Below are positions 13,497 through 25,810 of a stretch of DNA of 64,000 nt, piece after piece (position 1 is the stretch's first letter; every line of letters starts with the position of its first letter). This DNA comes from Octopus vulgaris (taxonomy: Eukaryota). The notes below the pieces were generated by a model that was not told the DNA's origin, did not search any database, and saw only the letters and a program-made list of their open reading frames with translations. The translations under genes and the position numbers were made by a program. Location of the stretch: assembly GCA_951406725.2 (NCBI GenBank), contig OX597827.1:15872001-15936000 (forward strand). Direction: 5' to 3'.

Positions 13497-13880
13497 GGTG
13501 CAGAAGTGGCTGTGTGGTAAGTAGCTTGTTTACCAACCACATGGTTCCGGGTTCAGTCCCACTGCGTGGCACCTTGGGCAAGTGTCTTCTACTATAGCCT
13601 CGGGCCGACCAAAGCCTTGTGAGTGGATTTGGTAGACAGAAACTGAAAAGAATCCCGTCATATATATATATGTTTGTGTGTCTGTGTTTGTCCCCCTAGC
13701 ATTGCTTGACAACCGATGCTGGTGTGTTTATATCCCTGTCACTAAGCGGTTTGGCAAAAGAGACCGATAGAATAAGTACTGGGCTTACAAAGAATAAGTC
13801 CTGGGGGTCGAGTTGCTCGATTAAAGGTGGTGCTCCAGTATGGCCGCAGTCAAATGACTGAAACAAGTAAAAGAGAGAGT
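13497..13880 (+). mobile_element. SINE family B
   Basis: Match to 4689-5092. Confidence 0.82.
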
Positions 13881-14029
13881 ATTATGGCTGATTGATGTTT
13901 TATAATTGGCTGTGGGGAAGAAAGCAACTCAGAAATATTAAGTGAATCCAGGAACATTGATATAAGGTTAGAAATTTGGTTAGGAGGGGTTAGTCTATTA
14001 CATCAGCCCCCCAGTACTTGACTGATATA

Positions 14030-14448
14030 TAGAGAATACCAAACGAGTTCCCTATGGATACCGTATTTATTACAACGAGTGGCTTGTAAACGTATCTAAC
14101 AAGCGAAAGCGAGTTAGATACGTTTACAAGCCACTCATTGTAATAAATACGGTATCCATAGGGAATGAGTTTGGTATTTTATTTATTACACATGAATAAA
14201 CGACCCTATTTTATTAACCCAATAACTAAATTCTTCACGTTTAGTTGTAATTTATGAATGACAAAAGTAGTGCCATCACCGTGACCTCAGGTCATCACCA
14301 TGGATTGACCAATCAGAAGCAGCGCTGTCACCATGACCTCGGGTCATCACCATGGATTGACCAATCAGAAGCAGCGCTCGCAGTATCTGACATATGCTAG
14401 ATACCAAAAATGTCTCAAAAGTGTTCTCACTCACATGTGTGTAATAAT
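14030..14448. mobile_element. Palindromic non-autonomous element (Crypton-like architecture)
   Basis: 66-bp-arm hairpin at 14035-14178, TTATTACACA / TGTGTAATAA motifs and an internal ~53-bp duplication. Superfamily assignment is inference. Confidence 0.45.
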
Positions 14449-14740
14449 TTATTTTACCATCCTTACTTTGAAACATAAAAATAATCTTAGCATTTGAATT
14501 CAGAATATAAAGAGCTAGAACAAATATCACTTGGCATTTTTTCCTTATGCCATAACCAGTCTACCAAACCAGCGTTCTCAGTCGTCTTCATTGTCATTAT
14601 TATTCAACATCTGTTTACCATGTTGGACAGTTTGACAGATTCCAGCAAGTTGCAGGGCTGCACTGAGCTCCAGTTTCAGCTCTGATGTGGTTTCTACAGC
14701 TAGATGCCCTTCCTAATGCCAACTTCTTTACATTGTGTAT

Positions 14741-14935
14741 TACTCTTTTACTTGTTTCAGTCATTTGACTGCAGCCATGCTGGAGCACCGCCTTTAGTCG
14801 AGCAAATCGACCCCGGGACTTATTCTTTGTAAGCCCAGTACTTATTCTATCGGTCTCTTTTGCCGAACCGCTAAGTGACGGATACGTAAACACACCAGCA
14901 TCGGTTGTCAAGAAATGCTAGGGGGACAAACACAC

Positions 14936-14993
<58 letters not shown>

Positions 14994-15153
14994 CAGGCTT
15001 CTTTCAGTTTCCGTCTACCAAATCCACTTACAAGGCATTGGTCGGCCCGGGGCTATAGCAGAAGACACTCACCCAAGATGCCACGCAGTGGAACTGAACC
15101 CGGAACCATGTGGTTGGTTAGCAAGCTACTTACCACACAACCACTCCTGCGCC
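14741..15153 (-). mobile_element. SINE family B
   Basis: Reverse-complement match to 4689-5092. Confidence 0.82.
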
Positions 15154-15325
15154 TTCAACATTTAAATTGGAAACTTTTTTTTTATTTGTGCCACCAGCTA
15201 AACCGTCAAGACAAAAAAAGAAAATGGAAAAGCACACCCCTATTAAGTGATGGTGATGGTGGGGCTTTTTTTATGCCTAGGGTTGAACGGCAAAGGTATG
15301 ATAGAGAGCATAAGTTAAGGTATGT

Positions 15326-15547
15326 TAAGGTGGCGAGCTGGCAGAAACGTTAGCACGCCGGGCGAAATGCATAGCCGTATTTCGTCTGCCGTTACGTTCT
15401 GAGTTCAAATTCTGCCGAGGTCGATTTTGCCTTTCATCCTTTCGGGGTCGATTAAATAAGTACCAGTTACGCACTGGGGTCGATGTAATCGACTTGATCT
15501 GTGTGTCTGTCCTTGTTTGTCCCCTCCTTGTGGGTAGTAAAGAAATA
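15326..15547 (+). mobile_element. SINE family A
   Basis: Full head and core with a shortened tail, followed by GGTAT. Confidence 0.82.
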
Positions 15548-16983
15548 GGTATAATAGGGAGCATAGGTGTCTCACTATTAAAGGGAATACACGGCTACCA
15601 CACATTGTATAGGCGTGGATGGGAGTAGTTGTGAAAGAGAGAAAGATAGTAGTGATAGAATGACAGAGTAAACTCAAGGTACAGGTAATCAAGCACTATA
15701 GAGGATGCAGACAGTGGGTCCAGAGAAGGGAGACTGGGTACTTTCAAAAGCGTGTGAAGGGAGAATAACTATTAGAAATGGCAGGTAGAGGAGATACGAT
15801 ACAGTTGATGGGAAATAGCAGTATGGAAAGGAGACAAGGTGAGAGATGATGTGAATGATGAGTAAGGTGCTGGAGTGGTGAGGAAGGAGATATGTAAGGG
15901 TACATAAGGGTGGTTATAGTGGGTGGTGTGTAATGGCATATGCGTGAGGTATTAACCCTTTCGTTACTGTATTTATTTTGAGATGCTCTGTGTTACATTC
16001 AATTAATTTTAAATATAACAAAGAATTTAGTAAAAGAACTTAGTTATCATTAAGCTGGAGCTAGGAACATAAATTGTGACTAAGGTTTGGTGGAAGATTT
16101 TAATTCAAAACTTATGAAAGTAAGACATCTGTACTACAGAGCCAGAGCCGGGTTGGTATCAAAAGGGTTAATGGAACGTGACAGAAGCAAGAGACAAGTG
16201 AAGGCACAGAAGGGAATAGAAGCAGGGTGAGTAATGTGTGCTGATGCTGCCCTCGAGTGGTTACAGCTGCCAGGTAACATCATAGATACAGGAGCAATGG
16301 AAGACTGGGGGTTGGAAGAATGAGATGTGAGGAATCTTTGATAGGGCATAATAGTTCTAATTTTAGGGTTGGATATGTCAACACCAGTATTCAATTATTT
16401 TATCAACCTTCAAAGGATTAACAGTAAAGTTGACTTTGATGGGATTTGATCTCAGAATCTAAAGAGCCTGAACAAATACTGCAAATCATTTTTTCAAACC
16501 CTCTAACAATTCTGCTAATTTAGTGACCTCAATAATATTGGTTTCAAATTGTGGCATAAGGCCCAGGGTATGTCAATTATATCAACCCCAGTGCTCAACC
16601 GGTACTTATTTTATTGACACCAAAATGATAGAAGGCAATAATAATATTTAGGCAGAATAATAATATTTATTTCAGATTTTGGCACAAGGCCAGCAATTTG
16701 GGGAAGAGGGTAAGTTGATTATGTCAACCCCAGTGCTCAACTAGTACTTATTTTATTGTTTTGAAAGACTAAGTCAGCCTTGGAATAATAATATTGATGA
16801 TTAAAATTGATCATCAGTTACAAATAACTATAATCAAAACCTAAGCTGAAATCTTGTCTTTGATACAGTGTATGTTGCATGGAAATCCTGGAATTGTTTG
16901 GAGTTCAGACTCCCTGTTACCCTTTTAACAACCCGAGAAAAACTGGAATTAAAGAAAAAACTCCTGATGATATCCTGGGGGGC

Positions 16984-17441
16984 GGAGCACTCCGTCGGTT
17001 ACGACGACGAGGGTTCCGGTTGATCCGATCAACGGAACAGCCTGCTCGTGAAATTAACGTGTAAGTGGCTGAGCACTCCACAGGCAAAAGGGGCTGATAC
17101 AGCTTGGCACCATTGACGTCGCAGCTCATTTATTAACGTGTAAGTGGCTGAGCACTCCACAGACACGTGTACCCTTAACGTAGTTCTCGGGGATATTCAG
17201 CGTGACACAGAGAGTGACAAGGCCGGCCCTTTGAAATACAGGTACAACAGAAACAGGAAGTAAGAGTGAGAGAAAGTTGTGGTGAAAGAGTACAGCAGGG
17301 ATCACCACCATCCCTGTCGGAGCCTCGTGGAGCTTTAGGTGTTTTCGCTCAATAAACACTCACAACGCCCGGTCTGGGAATCGAAACCGCAATCCTCCGA
17401 CCGCAAGTCCGCTGCCCTAACCACTGGGTCATTGCACCTCC
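16984..17441 (-). mobile_element. SINE family C with an internal rearrangement
   Basis: Reverse match to 27142-27519; CTCCTGATGATATCC duplicated on both flanks. Confidence 0.82.
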
Positions 17442-17825
17442 TGATGATATCCAGCTCCTCTCTCATTCTCTACAACTGTCAGTTCTCACCATCTAACATA
17501 TCCAGCCAACAAGAACTTAGGTACTACTGTTTGTGTTTTCGTTTGACTGATTGAATTTTTTAATGTTCCTTCTGGTATGTCAAACTGCTGAAGTTTGAGA
17601 ATCCAAAGTTCTACTGCTTGTAGGTGCAGCAGCAAGTATGGCAATATGTTCGAGAAGTTCGTTCTGAAATCACATAGTCTTCAGTTCAGTACCACTGTGT
17701 GGGCCTGATCCGAGCCTTGTGAGTGAAACAGAAATTGTGCTGAAGCCTGCTGGCAGGACTGTACCTGTTCTTGGGTGCTAGATTTAATTCATCATCTAGC
17801 ACTACCAATTGGCCTTTCAGTGCCT

Positions 17826-18054
17826 TTAACCCTTTCATTACCATATTTATTTTGAGATGCTCTGTGTTTCTTTCAATTATTTTAGATATAACAAAGAATT
17901 TAGAAAAATAACTTAGTTACCATTAAGCTAGTGTTAGTAATGTAAATTGTGACTAAAGTTTGGTGGAAAATTTTAATTCAAAACTTAAGAAAACAAGACA
18001 TTTGTACTACAGAGCCAGAGGCGGTTTCGACCGGGTTGGTAATGAAAGGGTTAA
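17826..18054. mobile_element. piggyBac-like MITE family G (TTAA|CCCTTTCRTTAC...GTAAYGAAAGGG|TTAA); further copies at about 9290-9518, 15952-16171 and 60180-60345
   Basis: TTAA flanks, TIRs and a conserved body. Confidence 0.75.
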
Positions 18055-18551
18055 TTGTGTTCAATCTGTTGTATGCTTTTTGAACCAGGTTCTCAATCTG
18101 TGGATAGCCCAATATTCTTAGGTGCTGTTTCTTTCTGCTCCAACTTGGAAGTCAAGGGGTTATTCTTTCCTTTATCCAAAATGTCATAGGATCTTACCCC
18201 CTCTGACTAAGATATATATATAAAAAAAAAAAACAAAGGCTATATATCTGACTGTATTTTATTTATTTAAGCTGTGTAACTGATGTATATGTGTTAAATT
18301 CTATATTCTGTGTGTGTGTATATATATATATGTATATATATATCCCTCTCTCTCTTTTGGAGAGGCACTGAGCAGCTATACGCACACATACACACACGGC
18401 AGTAACTCCCGTCTACCGAATTCAATCACAAAGCTCCGGTCGGCTCGGGGCTACAGTGGAAGACACCTACCCAAAGTGCCACGCAGTGGGACTGAACCCG
18501 AAACCATGTAGCTAGGAAGCAAGCTCCCTAACCACACAGCCATGCCCGCGC

Positions 18552-18595
<44 letters not shown>

Positions 18596-19112
18596 GCACG
18601 TGGCTTAGTGGTTAGGGTGTCAGCACCATGATCATAAGATTGTGGTTTCGATTCCTGAACTGGGCGACACGTTGTGTTCTTGAGCAAAACATTTCATTTC
18701 ACGTTGCTCCAGTCCACTCAGCTGGCAAAAATGAGTAACGCTGTGATGGACTGGTGTCCCATCCAGCTGGGGAATGCATACGCCATTGAAACCAGGAAAC
18801 CGGGCCCATGAGCCTGGCTAGGCTTTAAAAGGGCGCAAAAAAAGAATATATATATATAGTAGAAATATGTTACAAAAAGAAAATATAAAATACACGTGGA
18901 AATGTAAGGGTAAAATATGAAAAATCAACGAAAATGCACATTGCAAATAGAAAAAGGCTATTTATGACAGGTAACGACAAATATATACATTTAGATTGAC
19001 TGAGGTAGTAATATGAGTCATAAAAGTCATTATTATGAGATGATTATAAGATGATAATAAAGTAAGAGAACAAAACGAACCATGGTTTACGCTAAGCTAT
19101 TCATCGTTGGGG

Positions 19113-19146
<34 letters not shown>

Positions 19147-19983
19147 CCCCTATAATTGAACCCTTCAGCATTCAGATTACACTATCAAATGTAACATTAA
19201 ACACTTTTTTAATTAATCATGCATTATTTCATAGCTTTGAGATATTGATGACATTTGTTTATTTTTAGAATGATATTGTAGGGTAGGTGTGAGAGGCTGG
19301 ATCTAGCCAGTTTGAACATAAAACAGGTAGAATCTTCAGGTGTGATACAACTGGTTTAAACGCTAAAAGATTAAAGGTCACACCTTGATATTCTAATTCC
19401 ACCTCAAAAATAAGTTAAGTCTGTGGAGTATTTGTTGAATCAGCTGCCAATTCAATGAGCAGGTGATTCAGTTAATTAAACACCTAAACAGTCAAAATTT
19501 AGGTTAATTAAACAACTGAACAGTCATTGTCACAATTAACAAATCCATTCTCTTTATGTACATATCTATCGACTTTATTTAACTTTTTAATTAGTTTGAG
19601 GAAGATGGATCAATGCCCATAGCCTTTTTTGGTTCCAATACACGGCTAATGAGCAGTTTGAAATTTGTGTGGGTGGGTGGAGTTTCATGAAAAAGGATTG
19701 AGAAATTTGCCACAAAATCACAAATTCTTGAGGGAAAGACACAGTTGAATAAGGCTGTTTCATATCCCTAGATTTATTTACTTGACATCCAACCCCCAAA
19801 TAACTCCAAAAGTTAAAATGCATGGCTGGCTTCAGCAGAAACTGAACTTTAAATCTAAAAGTTACAAATACTCTGAGTTTTATTATTTTTTTTATTTTTA
19901 CTTATTTATATTTTATCTTGGTGTTAGATAATGAAGATTCCTTACATAGACACTAAGTAACATATTCTGGAGTCAGTGGTTTA

Positions 19984-20271
19984 ATAATAATAATGAAATT
20001 ATTGTATACAGTGCTCAGGTGCACCACAACTTGTCAGAAAGTGCGTATAAAGTATATGCAGTAATGTACAAATGTCTGGAAAGCGAACAATGCATGAGTC
20101 AGATACATGCTTGCGTGTGTATGGAGGGGAGAAAATCAGGTGTAGTGTTGGCGAATCTCAGAAAGCATGGAAGTTTTGAAGGATGCAGTGCTCCGACAAC
20201 TAACAACTGATACCGGCAGTTTGTTCCATGCTTCAGCAACTCTCAGCGTGAAAAAATGTTTCCTAAAGTCT
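19984..20271 (-). mobile_element. CR1-clade LINE 3' end
   Basis: Reverse match to 9959-10300. Confidence 0.82.
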
Positions 20272-20564
20272 TAAATTTACTTACTCAAACTCTTTGTTAT
20301 TTCACTAGTAAATTTTATCACCCCTTCCCCCCAACACTCCCTGAAAATAAAACAATCGACAATCTTAGTGGGTCTTGAATTCAGGGTCCAAAAACCAAAG
20401 AAAAAAAAGGTACTTATTAATTATTGGATAATGATGATGTTGATAATAGTAATGTTTTTTTTAAGTGATACTGTAACAAGATTTTGAAGTTGTTGGTATG
20501 TAATGAAGAAAATTCAGACTTATTGCTATAATTTTCATTTCTATTTATTGTATATATATATGTA

Positions 20565-21812
20565 CAGGGGTTGGACAAAATAATGGAAACACCTTAAATT
20601 TTCAAACAAATTTATTTTAATATGAGGTAGGACCGCCTTTCGCAGTAAGTACAGCTTGAATTCTACAAAGTATGAACTTGTACAAATTTTGAATTGTTTC
20701 CAAAGGAATTTTTCTCCATTCTTCAGCTAAAACAGTCTCCAGTTCTTGTGGTGATGATAGTGGAGGATATCGACTCCTTACTTGTTTTTCTAAAATGCAC
20801 CATAAATGTTCAATAATATTGAGATCTGGGGACTGTGGTGGCCAGTTAAGATGTTCAACTTCACTAGAATGTTCCTCGTGTCATTCAGTAACAACTTTAG
20901 GTGTGTGAATTGGTGCATTATCATCCTGAAAGATTGTGTTTCCTTCTGGAAGCAGTTCTGCAACCATAGGATGAATTTGATCAGATAAAATGCTTAAATA
21001 GTCTTGACTATTAATTCTTTCATGAAGGGAAACCATTGGGCCGGCAGATTTCCAAGATATAGCCTCCCAGATCATCCCAGATCCTTCTCCATGTTTAACA
21101 GTTGGAAGAAGGCAGTCTGGGTCAAACGCTTCTTTTGACTGTCTCCACACGTATACTCTGTCAGTGTCGGAAATAAGGTAAAGGATGACTCATCTCAGAA
21201 AATAACATTCTTCTACTGCTCTAGAGACCAATTATGAAGGTTTTTACTCCACTCTAATTGCTTTGCAACGTTTGCTTTTGAAAGTAGTAGTTTTCTGATT
21301 GCTTTGTGCAGCTCCTGGTAAACAGTTTTTGTGGAAACTGGGTTCTCGAAGTGGTCATTAAGGTCTGCAATAATTTTGGGAGTTGTACTTTTGTGATCCT
21401 TTCTGACAATTCACATGAGAGACCAATGGTCCCTATCTGAAAGTTTTGGTTTTCTTCCAGACTTTGTTTTGATGAGGAGGTTTTTTCCCTCTTTCTTAAA
21501 GGCTGTCATTACTTTCGAGACAGTACTTCTTGATACACCAAACATTTTGGCTGTTTTCATTACGCTAGCAGCTGCCATACGAGCACCAACAATTTGACCT
21601 CTTTGAAAGTCCGATAGATCTGTCATTTTAATAATTTTAATTACCTTTTTCTGATGATATCTGAAAAGAAACGGCAATTTTAGCAAAACATATTAAGCAA
21701 CACTAATAATAAATCAAAAAACAAAAATAAACAAGCTTTTGACGGTTTTATAGATATTTCAAAATTATGATGTTATGATGCTAGGTGTTTCCATTATTTT
21801 GTCCATATCCTG
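20565..21812 (-). mobile_element. Tc1-family DNA transposon, full-length but decayed
   Basis: TIRs CAGGGGTTGGACAAAATAATGGAAACACCT / AGGTGTTTCCATTATTTTGTCCATATCCTG with TA TSDs. Transposase fragments MTDLSDFQRGQIVGAR, PTVKHGEGSGMIW, FQDDNAPIH and WPPQSPDLNIIEHLW, with frameshifts. Confidence 0.92.
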
Positions 21813-22378
21813 TACATGGCATCAATGTGATGAGGACTGAAGCTTTCATTGGAATGAATGCTGTGGAAATGCGAGTGTTTTGCATGTTTCATTTGAGTGA
21901 GATGAAGATCTTTGTACTGTACAACACATCAACGAGGGCCAAACTCTTGACCAGATGGGTTGCTGCAGAAGATACTGAGTGATTAAATTTGGACGAATTG
22001 GGATTAAACTATGAACTATATTTTGTGTGTAGTAGTGAAACAGCAAAACTCACTGCACACCCCTGTAACAGTAATAATAATAATAATAATGAATTTTTCT
22101 CATGTTTTGTTGTTATTTAATAAACTAATATAGAAATCATCTGTTGGTTCATTGGATGGCTGTTTGTTTGTTTGTCTCTAACAAGCAATAAATATGCTAT
22201 CTTCACACAAAGAAATAGATATATATTGTAATAATAATAATAACAATGGTGATAAAATATTTCTAAACAAATTGTCTTATTTTTGTTTTTGTTTTTTTCT
22301 TTTTATTATATTGATTTCTAACTTATGCAGAAAATTCACAGATCTCAGGTTACAACAACACACACGAATACTTATTTG

Positions 22379-22792
22379 GATCTTTTCTGTTTGAACGGCA
22401 GTTTTTAACATAATTTCTAGGTAACTAAAAAATTTTAAACTTCGTATACTGCTAGAATGTGTTTATAAAACATCTTTTTCTCTTGGCTTTATTGAGAAAA
22501 TTCTATAGTTTGTAAGATATTTGTTGTTTTTTTTTTCAATTTCTGCAATTTCAACCAATCAATTATGTCTATTGAGGTAAAAAAAAAAGCATTCTGTGCC
22601 GTATGAATATGTCCCCCGTTTAAGAAACAGATTGGGTTTATTTACATTTGTGAAGAAAAAAAGATACCCTTCCCCCCACCCCTAACCCTAAAAGAGATTA
22701 AAATGCAATAGATCGATTCTAGGGTCATAATTATGGGTGACAATTTCATATGACACCGCTAGAAAAAACTGCCGCTCAAACTGAAAAGATCC
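22379..22792. mobile_element. MITE family H (GG...CC termini, 8-bp TSD; Merlin/MULE-like)
   Basis: About 28-bp TIR GGATCTTTTC(G/T)GTTTGAACGGCAGTTTTT; CTTATTT flanking duplication. Confidence 0.8.
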
Positions 22793-22904
22793 CTTATTTT
22801 TATCAATGGCTCATGTAATATGTTAATTGTTGCTTAACCTATATAAGCTTTGATTCAGCAGACATAGGATGAACCATGTTCCAATTGTGACCATCCTGTA
22901 GTTT

Positions 22905-23316
22905 ATTCTACTATATGGCTCAGAAACCTGAACGTTATCAAAGAAGCTTGAGAGGCGTTTGGATGGAACCTACACTCGCCTCCTTATGAGAGCTCAACAT
23001 CTCTCGTGGAGGTGCCATCCAACCAAAATGCAAATATATGGGAAACTACCACCTGTGTCATCTCTTGTGAAAGGTAGGAGAGTCCAGTTTGCTGGACATT
23101 GTTGTAGAGCTGAAAAAGAGGTAATTTCTACTCTTCTCCTCTGGAAGCCATCTACTCGCAATACCAGAGGGTGTACACTCTCCTACCCTGATGTAATCTC
23201 CAGGGATACAGGCATCCAGAAACAGGACCTCCGTAATGCCATGATGGACCGTGAAGTCTGGCGTAGCATGGTAAATTCCATTGTCTCGACCACGGTCGAA
23301 CAATGATGATGATGAT
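22905..23316 (+). mobile_element. RTE-clade LINE 3' end
   Basis: LYGSET(*)TLSKKLERRLDGTYTRLL...RRVQFAGHCCR motif; (GAT)n tail. Confidence 0.82.
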
Positions 23317-23511
23317 AGTTGTAGCTATGGCTGCATGGCTGCAAGTTTTACTGATGCCAAAGGCAACAACATTGTTTTCACCAAATTCCTTTGCGGTAAG
23401 AGTACACTGCTGGGTGACTGAGAAGAGTAGGGCACCAATAGATTTAGTTTTATGGAAATCGTACAGGTTCTCATTAAAGAGAAAGAGGGAGAGCTGCTGA
23501 GAATGATGTTA

Positions 23512-23740
23512 CCTTACTTGACTTGAGACAGCATTCACCCAGGGTGGGTTGAGCTGGCTTCATTAATCCTCAATGCTGCATCTCTCGCAAGCGCCAACCA
23601 GGCCTGGCGATTTGAGGCTAACGACCGCGTGATCTCCAACCACTCCTTATTCCAGCGGCGAACGCCGTAGATATGGGAGCCTAGGTTGGGTTCCAGATCA
23701 GCCTTGATTGTCATCAGCCAGGTTTTTCATTGTCCACCAC
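23512..23740 (-). mobile_element. RTE-clade LINE 3' end (different family)
   Basis: Minus strand reads GWRKRCGGQ*KTWLMTIKADLEPNLGSHIYGVRRWNKEW...LASNRQAW; CAAGT-repeat tail. Confidence 0.7.
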
Positions 23741-24182
23741 ATCGCTTTCGCCAACCCTGAAGGGGAGCTGGGGCAATTGCTTTGTAGGTTGGGTTTCAGA
23801 TTAGCCTATTACCTTAGATAGATTATGACTGCAATAAGGTGATATTTGACTGGGTCAGAGAGGCTGCCTTCTTGAGGATGTGACACACTGTATGAGGTGG
23901 TATCAAAAAGTTCCTGGACTGGTTCTATGGTGCACCAACAGATGGCAGCACATGGTTGCATGCACAGTGGGAGCTAGCAGTGACCTTCAGGAGTTAGTGT
24001 GTTGAGTAACATCATTGTGTTTACTTTGCAAGTTGTAAAATTTGTGCTTTTGTGATCGCGTGTATGTTGTAGTCTGTGATTTTATCATGCACAGGAACAA
24101 AGAGCCAATGTGAAACTCTGTGTTAAACTTGGGAAGTCTAATACAGAGACATTGAGTATGCCTTGGCAGGATTAGTGATGAT

Positions 24183-25124
24183 TAAGGTGGTGAGCTGGCA
24201 GAATCAATAGCACGCCGGGCGAAATGCGTAGCCGTATTTCGTCTGCTGTTACGTTCTGGGTTCAAATTCCGCCGAGGTCGACTTTGCCTTTCATCCTTTC
24301 GGGGTCGATAAATTAAGTACCAGTTATGCACTGGGGTCAATACAATCGACTTAATCCGTTTGTCTGTCCTTGTTTGTCCTCTCTGTGTTTAGCCCCTTGT
24401 GGGTAGTAAAGAAATAGGTATTTCACCTGCCGCTATGTTCTGGGTTCAAATTCCGCTGAGGTCGACTTTGCCTTTCATCCTTTCGGGGTCGATAAATTAA
24501 GTACCAGTTATGCACTGGGGTCAATACAATCGACTTAATCCGTTTGTCTGTCCTTGTTTGTCCTCTCTGTGTTTAGCCCCTTGTGGGTAGTAAAGAAATA
24601 GGTATTTCGCCTGCCGCTATGTTCTGGGTTCAAATTCCGCCGAGGTCGACTTTGCCTTTCATCCTTTCAGGGTTGATAAATTAAGTACCAGTTACGCACT
24701 GGGGTCTATATAATTGATTTAATCCGTTTGTCTGTCCTTGTTTGTCCTCTCTGTGTTTAGCCCCTTGTGGGTAGTAAAGAAATAGGTATTTTGCCTGCCG
24801 CTACGTTCTGGGTTCAAATTCCGCCAAGGTCGACTTTGCCTTTCATCCTTTCGGGGTTGATAAATTAAGTACCAGTTACGCACTGGGGTCTATATAATTG
24901 ATTTAATCCGTTTGTCCTCTCTGTGTTTAGCCCCTTGTGGGTAGTAAAGAAATAGGTATTTTGCCTGCCGCTACGTTCTGGGTTCAAATTCCGCCAAGGT
25001 CGACTTTGCCTTTCATCCTTTCGGGGTCGATAAATTAAGTACCAGTTACGCACTGGGGTCGATACAATCGACTTAATCCGTTTGTCCTCTCTGTGTTTAG
25101 CCCCTTGTGGGTAGTAAAGAAATA
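24183..25124 (+). mobile_element. SINE family A pentamer (one headed unit plus four headless units of 184/184/170/170 bp)
   Basis: Headless unit starts at 24417, 24601, 24785 and 24955; the array interrupts a mariner transposase relic. Confidence 0.88.
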
Positions 25125-25397
25125 GGATTACAGTGATGAGGCAGTGGAGCATATGCAATGTTTTGAGTGGCATGGGCCCTTCAAAAGTAGAAGGAAGACT
25201 GCCAAGAGTACCACCCCAAGAGATGGGGTATTGCGCATAGAGAATTCATCTCCCAGGGTGAAACTGTCAATTCAGAGTTCTACTGCAACATTTTGACGCA
25301 TTTGGCGAAAGCAGCCAGATCTGTGGAGCTTGAAGAAATGGATTCCTCACTTGTGAGTTTCTCACCAAAAACAATATGGTATCACTTCTGCACCTGC

Positions 25398-25810
25398 CCT
25401 ATTCTCCTGATAGGGCAGGCGCAGACCTCCATCTCTGCCCCCAAGATGAAAATGCAGCTCAAAGGTCACCCATTTTAACTCTGTTTTCGAGATCCAGAGT
25501 TAATCACAGAAGGCCCTTGACTAGCTTACGGAGCCCTATTCTCCAGATAGGGCAGGCACAGACCTCCATCTCTGCTCCCCAAGATGAAAATGCAGCTCAA
25601 AGGTCACCCATTTTAACTCTGTTTTCGAGATCCATAGTTAATCACAGAAGGCCCTCAACTAGCTTACGGAGCCCTTTTCTCCAGATAGGGCAGGCGCAGA
25701 CCTCCATCTCTGCCCCCCAAGATGAAAATGCAGCTCAAAAGTCACTTATTTTAACTCTGTTTTCGAGATCCAAAGTTAATCGCGGAAGGTCCACGACTAG
25801 CTTACGGAAA
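25398..25810 (+). repeat. Three tandem ~138-bp copies of the mariner YSPDLAP-coding segment
   Basis: Units start at about 25398, 25535 and 25673. Confidence 0.85.

Noticed and set aside
24417-24600. SINE A multimer as a hammerhead retrozyme
   Set aside because: No CUGANGA...GAAA core was found on either strand of the unit; other ribozyme classes cannot be excluded by eye.
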